Shown here: piece after piece, positions 1 to 12,566 of the stretch
How positions within the stretch are numbered: the first letter of the stretch is position 1
How the letters are laid out: each line of letters begins with the position of its first letter
Source: a virus
Virus record (IMG/VR): IMGVR_UViG_3300031088_000006
Span: 1-39,054 of that record
Reading direction: 5' to 3' (one strand)
DNA length: 39,054 nucleotides
Made by a program: the position numbers and the translations under genes
The notes under the pieces: model-generated
The model's input: only the letters and a program-made list of their open reading frames with translations
Told to the model about the DNA's origin: nothing
Databases searched by the model: none

Positions 1-127
1 CTAATTAAGATAGATCAGTTACTATTAATTATTAGTGTCCTTTTCTTTCTCTTAATAAGCTTGTTTTTGCTATTGGAGTTTTATCTTCATTTAAAATTAA
101 ACGATTTCTATGATCAATAAAAAATAT
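1..127. repeat. Terminal direct repeat identical to 38928..39054 (circular-contig overlap)
   Basis: Bases 1..127 (ctaattaagatagatcag...gatcaataaaaaatat) recur verbatim as the last 127 bases. This implies a 38,927-bp circle or a circularly permuted genome. Confidence 0.9.
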
Positions 128-307
128 AGAAGGACATGTATAATGAATAATATCATCGCCTTCCAATTTTGGATGAAAATTAATAAATCTAGCTTTCACT
201 AAATCATCAACTCTGTCTAAGATCTCGTATTCATATTCCCCAAAATTTAGTTGTATTGCATCACCTTGCAACGGATACATGTTAATTCTGAAAGTTTCTG
301 AACTCAT
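32..307 (-). CDS. Hypothetical protein (91 aa)
   Basis: Intact ATG ORF with no in-frame CGG and no recognisable motif. Confidence 0.5.
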   Translation of the reverse strand: MSSETFRINMYPLQGDAIQLNFGEYEYEILDRVDDLVKARFINFHPKLEGDDIIHYTCPSIFFIDHRNRLILNEDKTPIAKTSLLRERKGH

Positions 308-326
308 ATTTTCCTCTATGTAAAAA

Positions 327-899
327 CTACTTAATATTATTGTTTCTAACGCATTGGCTTATATATACATTAGAATATACTTGGGGGGCATACTTTAATG
401 CTCTTATGTTAGATTCATCTTGTGAAAACTTGTTTAATTCTATCATTAGTTCTTCTTTAGTAGGGTCGCTTACTTCTAACTTTGAATAAGCAGTATCTGA
501 GTCAAGTCCATCAATATATATAGACTTTATAAAAGCAATATTTCGGTAACATATGTTTTCCGCATGAGTATGTTCTCGAGCAGTTAATTCAACCTCTTTT
601 CCTGAACAACCTGCCAAGTTGAAAAATTGGCGATCATCACTATCAGTCACAATACTGCTGTTATAAAAGTCTTTAAAACCTACATACCCACCATATGAGT
701 TTTTAGCATTCACCTCACCACAAACGGTTTTCCTTCCTACAGTATTTGTAACTATACGTACATTACGAAATAGAACAGATGTAGGATCTTTCATTTGGTA
801 GGTGATATCTTGTTTAGCCTTATTAATTAATGTCTTATCATTTGCAAAAGTAGTTGAAGAAACTATTGCAACTAGAATTGCTAAATATAACTTATTCAT
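327..899 (-). CDS. Secreted/periplasmic hypothetical protein (190 aa)
   Basis: N-terminal signal peptide MNKLYLAILVAIVSSTTFA/ND. The only CGG trinucleotide is out of frame. Confidence 0.6.
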   Translation of the reverse strand: MNKLYLAILVAIVSSTTFANDKTLINKAKQDITYQMKDPTSVLFRNVRIVTNTVGRKTVCGEVNAKNSYGGYVGFKDFYNSSIVTDSDDRQFFNLAGCSGKEVELTAREHTHAENICYRNIAFIKSIYIDGLDSDTAYSKLEVSDPTKEELMIELNKFSQDESNIRALKYAPQVYSNVYISQCVRNNNIK

Positions 900-946
900 T
901 TCTTATCACTATTCAAAAAACATAATTTTAAATTATTAATTGTCAA

Positions 947-3513
947 TTAGTCTTCTAATTTCAGATCAGGAGTTTCAATACTTTTATTATCAAGATCCCA
1001 CCAAAAGCCTTGATTGTGTTGAGTCTCTAATCTGTACTGTTTTCGGTCCCTGTAGCCTTCATCAAACATGTCTTGAAGCTCTGCTATCACGATACGGTCG
1101 AATACAAGTCTTGTGTACCAAACGTTTTGAAATGGAGTGTTGTTCTTAATAGTATTAACGGCTTCAGCTCCATAAGATGATTCACGCTCATCTAAATAAT
1201 GTTGTCCAGCTCCACTCACCATAGTTGCTACATTACCTACATCTTTAAATGCTGCCGGTATGATCCAATCCTTAAAACTTCTATCAGTTGGATCTGCTGT
1301 AGCACTCACTGCATCTGCTAAGAATGAAGCACTTCCACCTTTAACAATAGATTTAAGGAAGAAGTCCATAGTTGTAGGATCATCTAAATCTTGTCCTTTA
1401 GTAATGTTTTGGATCTGAGCTACAAGTCCACCCATTAATGTAGTGTAAGCGAACAACTTAGCTAGATAGATAAACTTGGCTTGTGGAGTACCTTGAGCCA
1501 TACCTCTGTACCACATACGAGTCAGCATTGCGAATGGGAATTGTTTAAACTGCCAGAAGAAACGTAGTAACTCGTTACCTATAGTTCCCTTTTCAGTTCC
1601 AATAGACATTAAAGAAGTTTCTCTTGCACCTACTTCTAATACTGCTGCATTCGTCTCTGTATAGATGTAATTCATGTATTTATTAGCAAGTTGTTCTTTT
1701 AGTTTAAAGGCTTCATCTGCTAATTGAGCTGGTGTAAAGCCATCAGGATTAAATGAATGATGCTGAAGGATCTGCTCATCAGGAATATTAAAAATGTCCT
1801 TATTAGTAATTAAACGTTCACCACCTAAAGCCTCTGTACGATCGACTTGTTGAAGAATAGTCCAGTCATCTTCTTTAATACCACCACCTTCTAGCATACG
1901 TTTATCTTTATCGCCTAATTCAGTCCAAGCCTTCTTAGAATTAAGGTCTGATACATGATGCATAAGAGCAGATCCAAAGGCTCTCTTATTAGAAGCCGTA
2001 AGATGATTTAACCCAGTTGAACGAATAACAGCATTAGCGATAGCTCTGGTTTTAGTGGCTGTTTGATTAAGTTTAGTTGAAGCTGAAGCAATATCATCAT
2101 CCCCGAAAGCGTACTAAAGCATTAGTCATCTCACGTACACCTAAACCAATAGAAATAGCAAAGTCTCTATGATCCTTATCTGATAAGAGTTGTACCTCTT
2201 TTCCTAGTATGTCTGTAAAGGCTAATCCATGCATTTCTGAAGCAAGTTTCATTGTGGCAAAATCGCCAAGAGCTGTAATAGTTGCACTACCCATTTTAGT
2301 AGCTACCGTCCATGAACGAACAATACTACCAACTTGAGATAGTGATGAATCAACAGGAACAGCTTGTCTAGCTAACTCATCATAGTAGCGACCAACATAC
2401 TGATATTGCTTTTTGAGTTTAGTATGCTGACCAGAGTATTTAGCGTCTTGCATAGCTTGATTAAATAAGTCATGTCCAAGCTGCTTTACCATCTTCTCAG
2501 GGTTACTTCCAAAGGTCTGCATTAGCCCTATTTCAGTAGATAATCTTCTTATATGGTTAGAGAGAAGATCATGAAAATTAAGCTCTCCAAAGTCTTCTTG
2601 ATACTTCAACCATGATTCACCATCTTTAAAGTGAACCTCACGGCTGTATTGATGTAGAGCTTGCATGTTCATGCCAACAGGTAGATCAGTAAGTCCATCT
2701 ACAGCTCTATATTGAACTTCAGGTTTATTGTGTCCCTCTGAACTAATCGTATCGTAAACAGAAGACAGAACATTTTTCACTTCAGCTTCAGACATTAAAG
2801 AGCCATCATCCTTTCTATAACGTCCACGATCAATAAGAGGAAGAGTGAAATCAATCCAAGCCTGTCTACCTTTACTAATTACTTTATAATGACTGTGGGA
2901 TTGAGGAAGCCCCCAATTAGAAAGCTTCTTGATGTTACCACCATACCTATTAAAGTGAAGACGAAGCTCTTCTAAAGTATCTTTTACAGATTGAGCCAAA
3001 GTAGCTACTTCAGCATCACCGCTTTTATCACCGAAGATTTCCTTAACAAGTGATTTCACTTTAAGGTCATCAATGAAATAGCCTAAGCCTTTTTGAGTCT
3101 TTGAAAATACATCTGCAACTTTAGCAAAGTAACGAGATTCAACAGCGGTAATAACATGTTCAACAGATTGAATACCGGCTTTGGTCTGTATGCATAACAA
3201 GCTTTCTATGTAAGGCTTCTAATGGGTTAAGAGAAGGATGTGAAGTAAGCTCTTTAGCAAGGTTTGAACGTATCTCTAAGTCATTAACCAAAGTAGTGAC
3301 ATTGAAAACATGTTGCTCTGTATAGTCTTGAATAGCACGTTCAGCAATAGCTTCAGCTCGTTCTTCATCACTCATAGACTTCCATGCTTTGATGTCTTCA
3401 CCCGGAACTTCACGTTTAGCCTTTTGAAAGGCTTGTTCTAATAGGTCTGCTTCTCTATCTGATAATTTTCTTCCTAATTCAGCTTCTACTGCTGCTCTAC
3501 ATTGATCTTTCAT
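947..3513 (-). CDS. Large internal virion/ejection-type protein, 854 aa after two CGGN recoding events
   Basis: ORFs 3160..3534, 2097..3200 and 947..1963 join through CGGT 3174..3177 and CGGG 2102..2105. The true ATG is at 3513 and overlaps the upstream TAA. This is the last gene of the internal-virion-protein block. Confidence 0.7.
2102..2105 (-). other. CGGG +1 recoding site
   Basis: CGG is in frame and the 0-frame stops one codon later (2097). The +1 frame reads DDDIASAS... into ORF 947..1963. Confidence 0.8.
3174..3177 (-). other. CGGT +1 recoding site
   Basis: The 0-frame stops after 4 codons (3160). The +1 frame is ORF 2097..3200 (IQSVEHV...). Confidence 0.8.
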
Positions 3514-5877
3514 TACGCCCCTTTTAAAGCACACTTAGCTAATGTACTCATTGCCTTAGTTAATAGTTGTATGTTGTTTTGTTCTTGATTTAGCTTTGTT
3601 TGCCATTGAGAAGCTGTAAGGTCTTCACCTGTAGCTTTAGAAGTAATAATCATGTCTGGATTAGAAGATAGCTTATCTATAGTCTCCTTCCCTTTTGGAA
3701 CTTGTGATAAATAACCATAGTTACGTTCAGGACTAAAAATACGATCTAAAGCAGTTTCTAGTGGTTTATTTCCCTTCAGGTTAGAACCATCTGTTTTACC
3801 TTTACGAGCAGCTTGAATAGAGACTGTCTTATTTTCACTGTCTACGGTACGTCTAACATAAAGAGAGTCTGATTTAAGCTCTTGTACTGTATGACCGTCT
3901 TTGTCTGTATAGGCTCTATGATTAAATTCTTCTTGGCTCTTCTTACTCCATTCTTTAGGAGTCATTGTCCATTCACCTGTAATAGAAGGATCTGGTTGTA
4001 AGTCTACTGCTGTTTCCTTATCCCCTTTAACTCTTACACTTTGATGAGCATGTGGAATAGAGGTAGTTTCAATGGATTTTACAATCTTCTCTAACATTGC
4101 ATTTATATCAATTTCTACATCATCTGAAGGCTTAAATTTGAAGTCACTTTTAATCATTCTAAACTCACTAGAGTCTTCTAATATCAACATGTCTGAGAAA
4201 GGATCTTCACTATGTTTTGGTTCTAATGCTTGAATATCATGATTATCTAAAATTGGCTTACCTATCTTCATTGTATCTAAAGCAGCACTATCTCTATCTT
4301 CAAGAGTAAATACATCTGATTTAGGCACTACAATAGGTTGAGGAGCATCAATAGAACTATTTACAGTTGTTTCTGTAGTTGCAATAGTGGAATCGTCTGT
4401 AGAGCCTTTCATAGCTCCATATTTGTTTTGAGCTAAATCATCAATCTTTGAGGTAAAGCCGTTAATAGCTTCTGATATGGTTGCATTAGGCTTAATGTTA
4501 TTGATACGCATGAGCTTATCGGGATTATCACTGAATCGAGCAATAACATCTCTAGCAGATTGATTAGGGTTATCCTTGAGAGCTTTAAAAACTTCTAATG
4601 CACCACCACGACCTAATAAGTGAGGTAAATAGATTTGAGAACCTTTAAGTGTTACCCCTGTTCTCTCTTCTATAAATGCAATGTTGTTTTTAGTGTGTTT
4701 AATACCTAATTCTATCTGCTTGCTTAGGCTATATCGGTTAGTGGTCGTTCCACCTTCAAGCTTCCAAGTATCATCAATAAACTGAAATACACCTGTAGCT
4801 GAAGTATGTTTATTTTTAATAGTAGGGCTAAATGTACCCATAGATTCAAAGTGAGCTAAAGCTACTATATATCGAGCATCACTATCAGAGAAGCCATTAG
4901 CTTTAGCAGCATCATACACAGCCTTAGAAGTACCAACACCTTTAAAGACATCTAAAGTAGTTTGTACAGGCTTTGGTGTACCTTGAGTTGGAGTAACCTT
5001 CACAGACTGCCCTTCAGCAATTTGTTTACCAGCCTTATTAATATTGTCTACATGTTGGGCAGTATCACTAAAACTCTCTGGTGTGGTTAAGATACTTCCT
5101 TTATCGGCTTCAGCTTGTACATCATCTACTGTATCAGTGAAAGCATCTTGTTCCTGTTTAACTGTTGAGTAATCTACATCCGGATTAGATTTACTCTGTG
5201 CATATCGAGAACCAACATGGAAGATAGACGCAATGGCTAGGTTAGTAGCAATAGATGTAGGATCGGTTGAGAATCCATAGTACTGATCTGCTACGTCATC
5301 ATAACCTTTTGCGTCTAAAGCAACACCTTCACCATATACTGAAGCTTGAGCTGCTGCTGTAGTACCAACTACTGTAACTGCATAATCTTTAATGACGTTA
5401 CGGTACACATTAGCCATAGGCATAAATGCTAAAACAGCATTAGAAGCACCATAGATATTAGACGCTAGATCAGCATCATCACTACTTACACCATAATCTT
5501 GAGTAAGCTTAGTATGTTCTGAAGCTCTTGTAGATAATCCAACTGAAGCTGCTGCTCCTACTGTGCCACCGAACAGGCGCTGTTAGTGCTGCTGGAACTA
5601 CAACCTCAGCAATTCCTGAAACGAGCTTTCCAGCTTGTCCTTGTTTAGCCGGTTTAAGCTGTCGATCAATATTAGCTAAACCCTTATCTGCTGCTTCATC
5701 ACCAACGAAAGGACGTAAACCGGCACTAAGAGTATTCATTAAGCCCTTCTCAGTTCCATAGATAAGACTAGATGCTAAATCTACTGCTAGTGTAGGTTTA
5801 TATGGCTTAGTTTTAGTAGCGTTCGATTGATTTAATTCATTGTCTTGTTCTGTCAATTGACCATCTAAAATACCCAT
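3513..5877 (-). CDS. Internal virion protein with lytic transglycosylase (SLT) domain, 787 aa after one recoding event
   Basis: ORF 5509..5877 joins ORF 3513..5423 through CGGT 5568..5571, giving the junction ...TAPV-G-GTVGAAASVG.... SLT motifs are AHFES...SATGVFQFIDDTW. Confidence 0.75.
5568..5571 (-). other. CGGT +1 recoding site
   Basis: The 0-frame ends at 5509. The +1 frame reads GTVGAAASVG... into ORF 3513..5423. Confidence 0.8.
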
Positions 5878-5886
5878 TAGCTTTCC

Positions 5887-7906
5887 TTACTTTGTTATTG
5901 CTTTTATGTATGGTTTATTTGTTCTTGGGTTGATGTGCGGCTTGCCATCTGGACCTATAAACATATATTGATTTGAAGTACCCGGTAATTTTCTAAGAGC
6001 ATGAGTATTCATAAATCCTCTAGGAATCCTTACCCCTGTATCATGGTAATAACCACCTACAACTTGTTCTTCTACCTTCTCTCCAAACTCTGTAGGACCC
6101 ATACCATAAGGGACAGGAACAGTATTAGAGACACTGCCAACCTTCTGTTTATAGTAACCACCAGTAATAAGAGACTGTGATTGTTGATAAGCTCTTTCAT
6201 CTAATCTAGGCTTCCCCTTATCATCAAGTTGAACCCCTGTACGCTTCACATAAGCTACATATGTTGAATAGATTAAATTGGCGTAAGCTTCAAACTCAGG
6301 AGTACCCACCTGTAAAGCATTACCGGCTTCTTCAGCTAACTTAGTTTTGAAAGCATCTATAGAAGGAGCAAGTGTTTTATCTACTCCAATAGTTTGAAGT
6401 TGTAACCCTTCAAGAGCTAAATCTGCTGCTTTGATATTAGATCCCGGAATGTGAACATCTTTAATAGCGAGTTGATTAATCCCGGAATAAACATTAGCTC
6501 TTCCTTGATAAATCATGTCATACATCTGTTTACGGGCTTCATTATCAGTACCAGCTATCTTAGCTAAGTTCTGAATCATGACCTTCTGAGTGTTAAGGTC
6601 TGAGTCATGAAACTTTTCTCTGACTTCCTTTTGCTGTGTAGTAGTGAACGGATTTAAAGATCCATAGCCAAGTTCTTTTTGTTGTCTTCTGAGTGACTGT
6701 ACTGAAGATTGAGCTTGCTTCACATCAAACTGACCATTGATTAACTGACTTGTTTCAACTCTATATAAAGATTGACCTGTACGTTGTGTATAGGCTGATG
6801 CTGCATCACTAGTAGCTAAAGCTTTAGCTTCATTAGCAATGGTCTGAAACATATCAAGACGTGCCTTAAGAGAGGAAGGATCATCTGAATCAGTATTTTT
6901 TAATTGAGCCTTTAACTGGTTGATTTGTGATTCTTGTTGAGAAGGTGGAAGTTTTCTAAAGTCTATAGCTGCTTTATTTGCTTCTAATGATTGTCTCACT
7001 TGAGTTTCATACGGTGTACCTTTAACTGCTGCTAAGGTAGAAGTAACTCGATCTGTTGATATTGGATAACCTAGTAAAGCATCTTTATCAAACTCTTTAG
7101 CTACATTCTCAGCTTCTTTAAGTGCTTTAGCTTGTTGTTCAGCTAATCCGCTTTTGAATCCTTGTTATATGAGTACCAATCTGCCCTTTAATTGAATCTC
7201 GTTGCTCTACAGTTAAGTGAGGGTAGGTTTTATCTATGTTGTCTGCTATTGATTGAAGACTGTTGGTATCACTAGCTTTAACAGCGTTATCTATTAGACC
7301 ACTAGCATCTGAAACGTCTCTTTTGTTATTCCATTCGTACATCTTTTCAGTACGTTGAGCTTCAGAATAACCAAGTTTAGGGTTATTAACGATAAGAGAA
7401 GCTTCAGTATAGCCTTCTTCTCTATTAGGGTTTTTCAATGTAGCTTCTACGCTAATAGCTGCTTCAGTTTGTTGTTTCTGTACGCCTACTTTAAAACCTG
7501 TATCTCTCAAATTAGGTACACCACCATAATATGTAGATGCACCAAGCTCTTCAAATTGCTTAGTACGGGAAGGAGGAATACGAGCCTTATAACTTTCAAT
7601 CATTGAAGCTGATTTTTCACCCCACACCCTTTCTCCTTCATCTGGAGTAAGTACACCTGTAGCAACATCTTGATTGATGGCTTTGTATGTTTCTTCTGCT
7701 TCAGCTTTATATCTAGGGACTTCTAAATTGTATTGGTGCTCATCTTCTTGATCTTGTAGCTTATTTTTTACTTCACCATAATTATTAATAGCTTGACCAA
7801 GATTAGATACAGCTTTTGATAATTGCTGACTACCAGTATCTATAACTCTACCTTGAGCTGCTTGTGGCATAACATTACCAAAGTTACCTAAAGGGATTCT
7901 AGCCAT
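5887..7906 (-). CDS. Internal virion protein, 672 aa after one recoding event
   Basis: ORF 7139..7915 joins ORF 5887..6999 through CGGA 7147..7150. The likely start is ATG 7906 (MARIPLG), preceded by AAGGAGGG and overlapping the upstream TAA. Confidence 0.65.
7147..7150 (-). other. CGGA +1 recoding site
   Basis: The 0-frame stops 2 codons later (7139). The +1 frame reads LAEQQAKAL... into ORF 5887..6999. Confidence 0.8.
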
Positions 7907-8395
7907 TAAGCCCACCCTCCTTGACCTTTAGGTGTTTCAGATTTGATCTTACCTACAGAATAACCATTTAAAGCTGTTGATGCTGTATTTAAAACCCCAC
8001 CAACTGCTTCTGCATTAGCTTGCTTATTGAAGTTTGAGGCATCTGCCCTACTTTGTGCTGCTGAACTATTTGCATTGTATTGAACCATTGATGCATCTTT
8101 TGAAGCATTGGAAATAATGTCATTTTGAATTACATCTGAAACTGTATTAGGTGCATTGATGTCTAAACCATTACTAGCCATTTGTGCTTTAGCTGCTGAT
8201 ACTTGTTTTCTACCAAGCTCTCTAACACGTTCAGCTTCTACCCTTCCAGCACTCTCTGCTTGTTTAGCATTCTCATTAGCTTGTTCTGCACTAGCTTTTG
8301 CTTGTTGATGACTGTTATAGGCTGAATATGCTGTTGCTGCCACTGTCATTGCAGTAGCCACCCAATAAGCTGCGGCTGCTCCGAGCTGCTGCCAT
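7906..8395 (-). CDS. Small Ala-rich virion/membrane-associated protein, 162 aa after one recoding event
   Basis: ATG 8395 has an AAGAGG RBS 8 nt upstream, and CGGA 8380..8383 is codon 5. The +1 frame (AAAAYWVATAMTV...) is ORF 7906..8361. Confidence 0.6.
8380..8383 (-). other. CGGA +1 recoding site (codon 5)
   Basis: An RBS and ATG 8395 lie upstream. The +1 frame is ORF 7906..8361. Confidence 0.75.
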
Positions 8396-8422
8396 AATTA
8401 TTACCTCTTGTTTTTATTATTG

Positions 8423-8879
8423 TTATAACTGCATTTCTAAGAATGAGCCTGTATGTTGAAAGCCCATCTTCTGATAAAAATTGATTGTCTTCTCTGTTTC
8501 TATACCTGTAGCTGTTCCACATTGAATATAAAGGCAACCCATACTCTTAGCCCATCTTATAAAAGTATTAATAAGTAAGTAAGCTGCTCTACTACCTCTA
8601 TATTCAGGAATGACAAAGATACAATAATCAAATGCCATCAATGTTCCGTGACTGCCATTCAGATTGAATACCACCAGCAAAACCACCAATGATCTGCTCA
8701 TCTAAGGTACAGACAAAGAGACAACCTCCATCACCATGCATAAGCTTAGTAAGGTGTGTAATCACTCTATCTAAATTGAAAGGTCTTAAACTGTATGTAG
8801 GCGACTCTTGCCAAAATTCAAAAGCTAATTTTGCTATTGTTGGTATATCGTCTTCTGTTGCTACTCTAATATTAAACAT
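8423..8879 (-). CDS. GNAT-family N-acetyltransferase, 151 aa after one recoding event
   Basis: ORF 8628..8879 joins ORF 8423..8701 at CGGA 8645..8648. The acetyl-CoA motif is IPEYRGSRAAYLLINTFIRWA. Confidence 0.7.
8645..8648 (-). other. CGGA +1 recoding site
   Basis: The 0-frame stops at 8628. The +1 frame reads TLMAFDY... and is ORF 8423..8701. Confidence 0.8.
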
Positions 8880-8887
8880 AGTTATTC

Positions 8888-10974
8888 TTATCTATCGTTA
8901 ACGCTTTGTTCTAGTACACAAGCAATGATCTGTAATGGTAGTGGTCTGTCTTGTTCTATTGTGATTTCAAACTCTTCAAAGCTAGTCCAACCATTCATAG
9001 CAATACGTTTCATCCCTGTATAGAGTTGAGGAGGAAGCATAAGATTCATATCAAAAGTATTAGTTTCTACTCGATCTCCGTTTACAACTGGAGCAATAGA
9101 GTCTTTTAGAGCAAGAGTGATGTGATCAACTTTAATTAAGCTTGGGAAAGTTGTTCCCGGTATTTGTTGAAAGTCTGTAGGTAATAAAGATATAGCTGAA
9201 GTGAACGCTCTACCAATGTAAATTTGATTAATAGAGGGATCACAGCTAATGATTAAGGTGTTCCCGGCTCTACTTAAAATAGGTACTTCAAATACTGTAT
9301 TTCCATCTTTAAAGTAAGCCTGTACCTTGTCCCCAAGTACCCCAATTAGACTATCTGTGACAGTGCATGTAGTGCTGTGTGAGACGTTTACTAACTTAGC
9401 TGTATCAAGTAATAGCTCTTCTTTAATCTCTTCAATCTGAAGTGAACCATTACGATTTACGAGTAAGTAAACTCTGTCTGAACCTGTTGTACTTGGAAGC
9501 GTTGTAAGGCTAATAACTTCACCGCCTACATCATGTCTAGCCCAAGCTGTTACTGATTGCTCACGATTTAGAGTTAAGGTAGCTAATGTTCCATCACCTA
9601 ATGTAAACCAGATAATCGAATCAGGATCTTGAGCATAAACCATATCCTTGAGACCACCATGATCTTTAATAATATGGGAAGCAAGAACTGAAAGCTCATT
9701 AGAGACTAAGCCATCAACTGAGTAATCATAGGCTAATGTTCTTACTCTTGATCCACGTTGAATGAAGATTAACTCTGTACCTACTTTAACCGGCTTGATA
9801 CTTTCAATCGTTCCATAAGAAGTATGTTCTTGTATCTCTGCTGATGTAGGAGTTAAGGCTCCAGTAGATTTAATTAATAACTCTGCACCTCCAGTATGAA
9901 CAACCACTCCCCTGCTCTGACTTAGATGAAGAACGTTTGTTAAGCTGTCTGAAGCTGCTGCTAAAGTAAATGAATCACCATCTTCTGTAGTTGGAAGGAA
10001 ATTAGTGAAATCTGCTGTACGACTAAACCAAATATAGTTTGGGTACTTCTTAGTACCACCTAAAACCAATCGTTGCTGATAGTAAGAAACTGTACGAGGA
10101 TAACCAAGATTAGCTGTAAAGATATTCTCTTTGATCTGCCATGCTCTAGCTACAACTTCAATCGTTGATGTGAGCTTCTTAATGATTTCACCTTCTACCC
10201 TTGTTGCAGATAGATAGGTATCAATGCGGACAATACCCCCATTAGCAAAAACAAACTTACCGACTGATGAAGCACTAAATACATTCGCTTCTTCAACTGT
10301 AATCAAAGTCCAATATGTAGGATCTGATAAAGGTTGATTAATATGATCAACAAGACACTTATAGTAACTCGTACCACTCTTCACAATATCATCTACATAG
10401 TATTGCTTAGTTGCTAAGTAAGTTTCATAGGCTTGTACTTCTAATGTGGTCACTTTCCCTACATCTTTAACATCCTCTGACATATTCAAAACAACTGGAT
10501 AGTTACTTACTTCTTCTAATGGAGGGATAGAGTAAATAAAGGCTGAGAAGTCCCAATTCGTAAAGTCTTCAGAACATCTCAACCATGATAAAGGCTTATC
10601 ACCATGAGCCAACCATAAGTTATAACGAGATTGACAATAGGTTAATTCCTTAATCTGAATAGAACTATAGGTAGTTGCAATAGTAGTTACACTAACACCT
10701 TCACTATTAATTACATCAATAGAGTTAGGTTTGAATACAAGAATGTATGTGTCTCTATGGCTCACCACAAATGGAATGAGTCTAACTGCCCCTGCTACTG
10801 CTTTAACTAAGGAAGTACCACCACGCTTTTTAATACCCCCGTTCAATGATCGGTAGCATGTTCTCTACTCTCTTACAGCCATTCCTATATTGATTAAGCT
10901 CAGTACGTAAAAGTATTAATGGGCTAAGTTCTCCGGCTTGTAAAATTATTCTTAATTATGTTTAGTCTTGCCAT
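8888..10974 (-). CDS. Tail tubular protein B / nozzle-like protein, 694 aa after two recoding events
   Basis: ATG 10974 gives MARLNIIKNNFTS-[CGGA 10932..10935]-ELSPLILLRTELNQYRNGCKRVENMLPIIE-[CGGG 10838..10841]-GIKKRGG..., which continues as ORF 8888..10846. Size and position after tubular protein A support the call. Confidence 0.65.
10838..10841 (-). other. CGGG +1 recoding site
   Basis: The 0-frame stops 2 codons later. The +1 frame reads GIKKRGG... and is ORF 8888..10846. Confidence 0.75.
10932..10935 (-). other. CGGA +1 recoding site (codon 14)
   Basis: The 0-frame stops 2 codons later. The +1 frame reads ELSPLILL... and stays open to the next site. Confidence 0.75.
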
Positions 10975-10977
10975 CAA

Positions 10978-11536
10978 TTAATACCTGTTAGTTAGAGTGT
11001 AGTCTTGGTCTGATCCAAAGAGTTGAGAAGGTGTTTCTTGTGCTTGTACTGCCTTAGCTTGTTGAATTAGTGCCTGTACCTGTTGGTAGTACCCATCTGA
11101 TGTACCTTGTGAGCCTGTTACTGATTTACCCAGCTTGTAAGCAAGATATAAAACTAAGCACTCAGCAAATAATGAATCGTATGTCTCTTCATTCCCGGTT
11201 ATCGAAAACATAGACAAGGTTGAGTTCATTACTATTTGATAAAAGCTTATCTGTCTCTACAGCATAGTCTTCAGTATTTGCATTGATGATGCGTATAAGA
11301 TCATCGGGTAGTTGATATTGGTATGAATAGCCAAATACAGGAGGTTCAGCTAAAGGAGATAGTTTGATTCTCTTGATAGAGCACTGAAAGGGATGAAGCC
11401 TTAAAAGAGCTTTACGTGATGTGTCATAGATCGTCTTTACACGTCTAGCATTCGCTGTATTCTCTTCAAAGCTGGTAATGGAAGAAGCACCAATTAATGA
11501 TAGTGCATTATTAACTATGTTTACTTTATCTGTCAT
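10978..11536 (-). CDS. Tail tubular protein A / adaptor-like protein, 185 aa after one recoding event
   Basis: ORF 11189..11536 joins ORF 10978..11229 at CGGG 11194..11197. The gene lies between the capsid gene and the nozzle gene. Confidence 0.6.
11194..11197 (-). other. CGGG +1 recoding site
   Basis: The 0-frame stops at 11189. The +1 frame reads NEETYDS... and is ORF 10978..11229. Confidence 0.8.
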
Positions 11537-11639
11537 TGGATGCCTTTAGAATTATTATTAGTTGAAATGCCCTTCTACTATTAGAAGCAAAAGAGCACTT
11601 ATTGTTAGGTTTTATATTAGTTTTATTATTAGAATTAAA

Positions 11640-12528
11640 TTAAACAGTGAAAGTAAATGCTAGTACACGTTTCTCATCTGTACGTACTGCACCATAAGAA
11701 TCAATATGACCAATTGAGATAGTACGGTTAGCATCTTCACGCTCTACTACTTTAAGAGGTGAAATAGATGCACTACCAAACTTTAATGCCTTAGATGTGT
11801 AGGCGACACCAGTAGCATAAGTTGAAGCAGGAGTAGCTTTGATCTTTTCGTAATGAACCCATTTAAATCCGTAGGAACGTATTGATCTCACCACGTTGTA
11901 ATAGTTGACCTTGCAAGTAATCCGCACTCGTTAAAGTAGGATCAGCTAAGATCATGTTCAACATGTCGCTGTTGTAAGTCACAATGATTTCTTCATCATC
12001 CGGTACTTCGTTTTCCATGAACTTAGTACGAATGTCGATAAGTAATTGCTTATTGAAAGTTACAGGAGTTGTAGAGTTACCAATTTGTTGATCTGCTGGT
12101 AATGCTACTGCTGTAAATGTATCTGCTTCAGTAGTCTTACGTTGAGCTGTACCAATCAATGCATTATAGATGATGCTATCAATCTTACGGTTACGAGCTG
12201 ACACTAAGCGTTGAATCATTTCATCTTGTGGATGTGCTTTTAATTTTGGTAGGTCTTGAGGTGCAATTCTGGTGAAGTTAGCGTAGTTGCTCATCGTAGC
12301 TAAGCGTGATGCAAAGTCTACTTCTGAATAAGCTGTATCACCAAAACGAGTAGTTAAAGCTGTTGGATCAGCCATTCCTGACATTTCATTTACTGTGAAT
12401 GAACTACCATTGATTTCACCTTCATTAGTGATGGTAGATAAGAGTTTAGATTCTTTTTGTTCGCACAATACTGTGTAAGTATCGTGATATTGGCGCACGA
12501 ATACGCTATCAATTGTTGCATAAGCCAT
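11640..12528 (-). CDS. Major capsid protein, 295 aa after one recoding event
   Basis: ORF 11863..12528 joins ORF 11640..11927 at CGGA 11868..11871. The gene follows the scaffold gene and the tRNA. Confidence 0.7.
11868..11871 (-). other. CGGA +1 recoding site
   Basis: The 0-frame stops at 11863. The +1 frame reads FKWVHYE... and is ORF 11640..11927. Confidence 0.8.
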
Positions 12529-12566
12529 TGTTATGTTATTCCTTAATTAATATTTATAGTTTCAAT

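Noticed and set aside
940-1149. 69-aa plus-strand ORF.
   Set aside because: It is antisense and lies inside the 854-aa virion protein gene, with no RBS. It is a typical shadow ORF.
3514-3534. GTG start at 3534 for ORF 3160..3534.
   Set aside because: It overlaps the preceding gene by 22 nt. ATG 3513 forms a TAATG stop-start overlap and gives a plausible N-terminus, MKDQCRAAVE.
7355-7606. 83-aa plus-strand ORF.
   Set aside because: Antisense shadow ORF inside gene 5887..7906.
8346-8537. 63-aa minus-strand ORF with a TTG start.
   Set aside because: It is an alternative frame overlapping the GNAT 3' end and the start of gene 7906..8395. The region is better explained by those two genes.
8689-8901. 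70-aa plus-strand ORF.
   Set aside because: Antisense to the GNAT gene.
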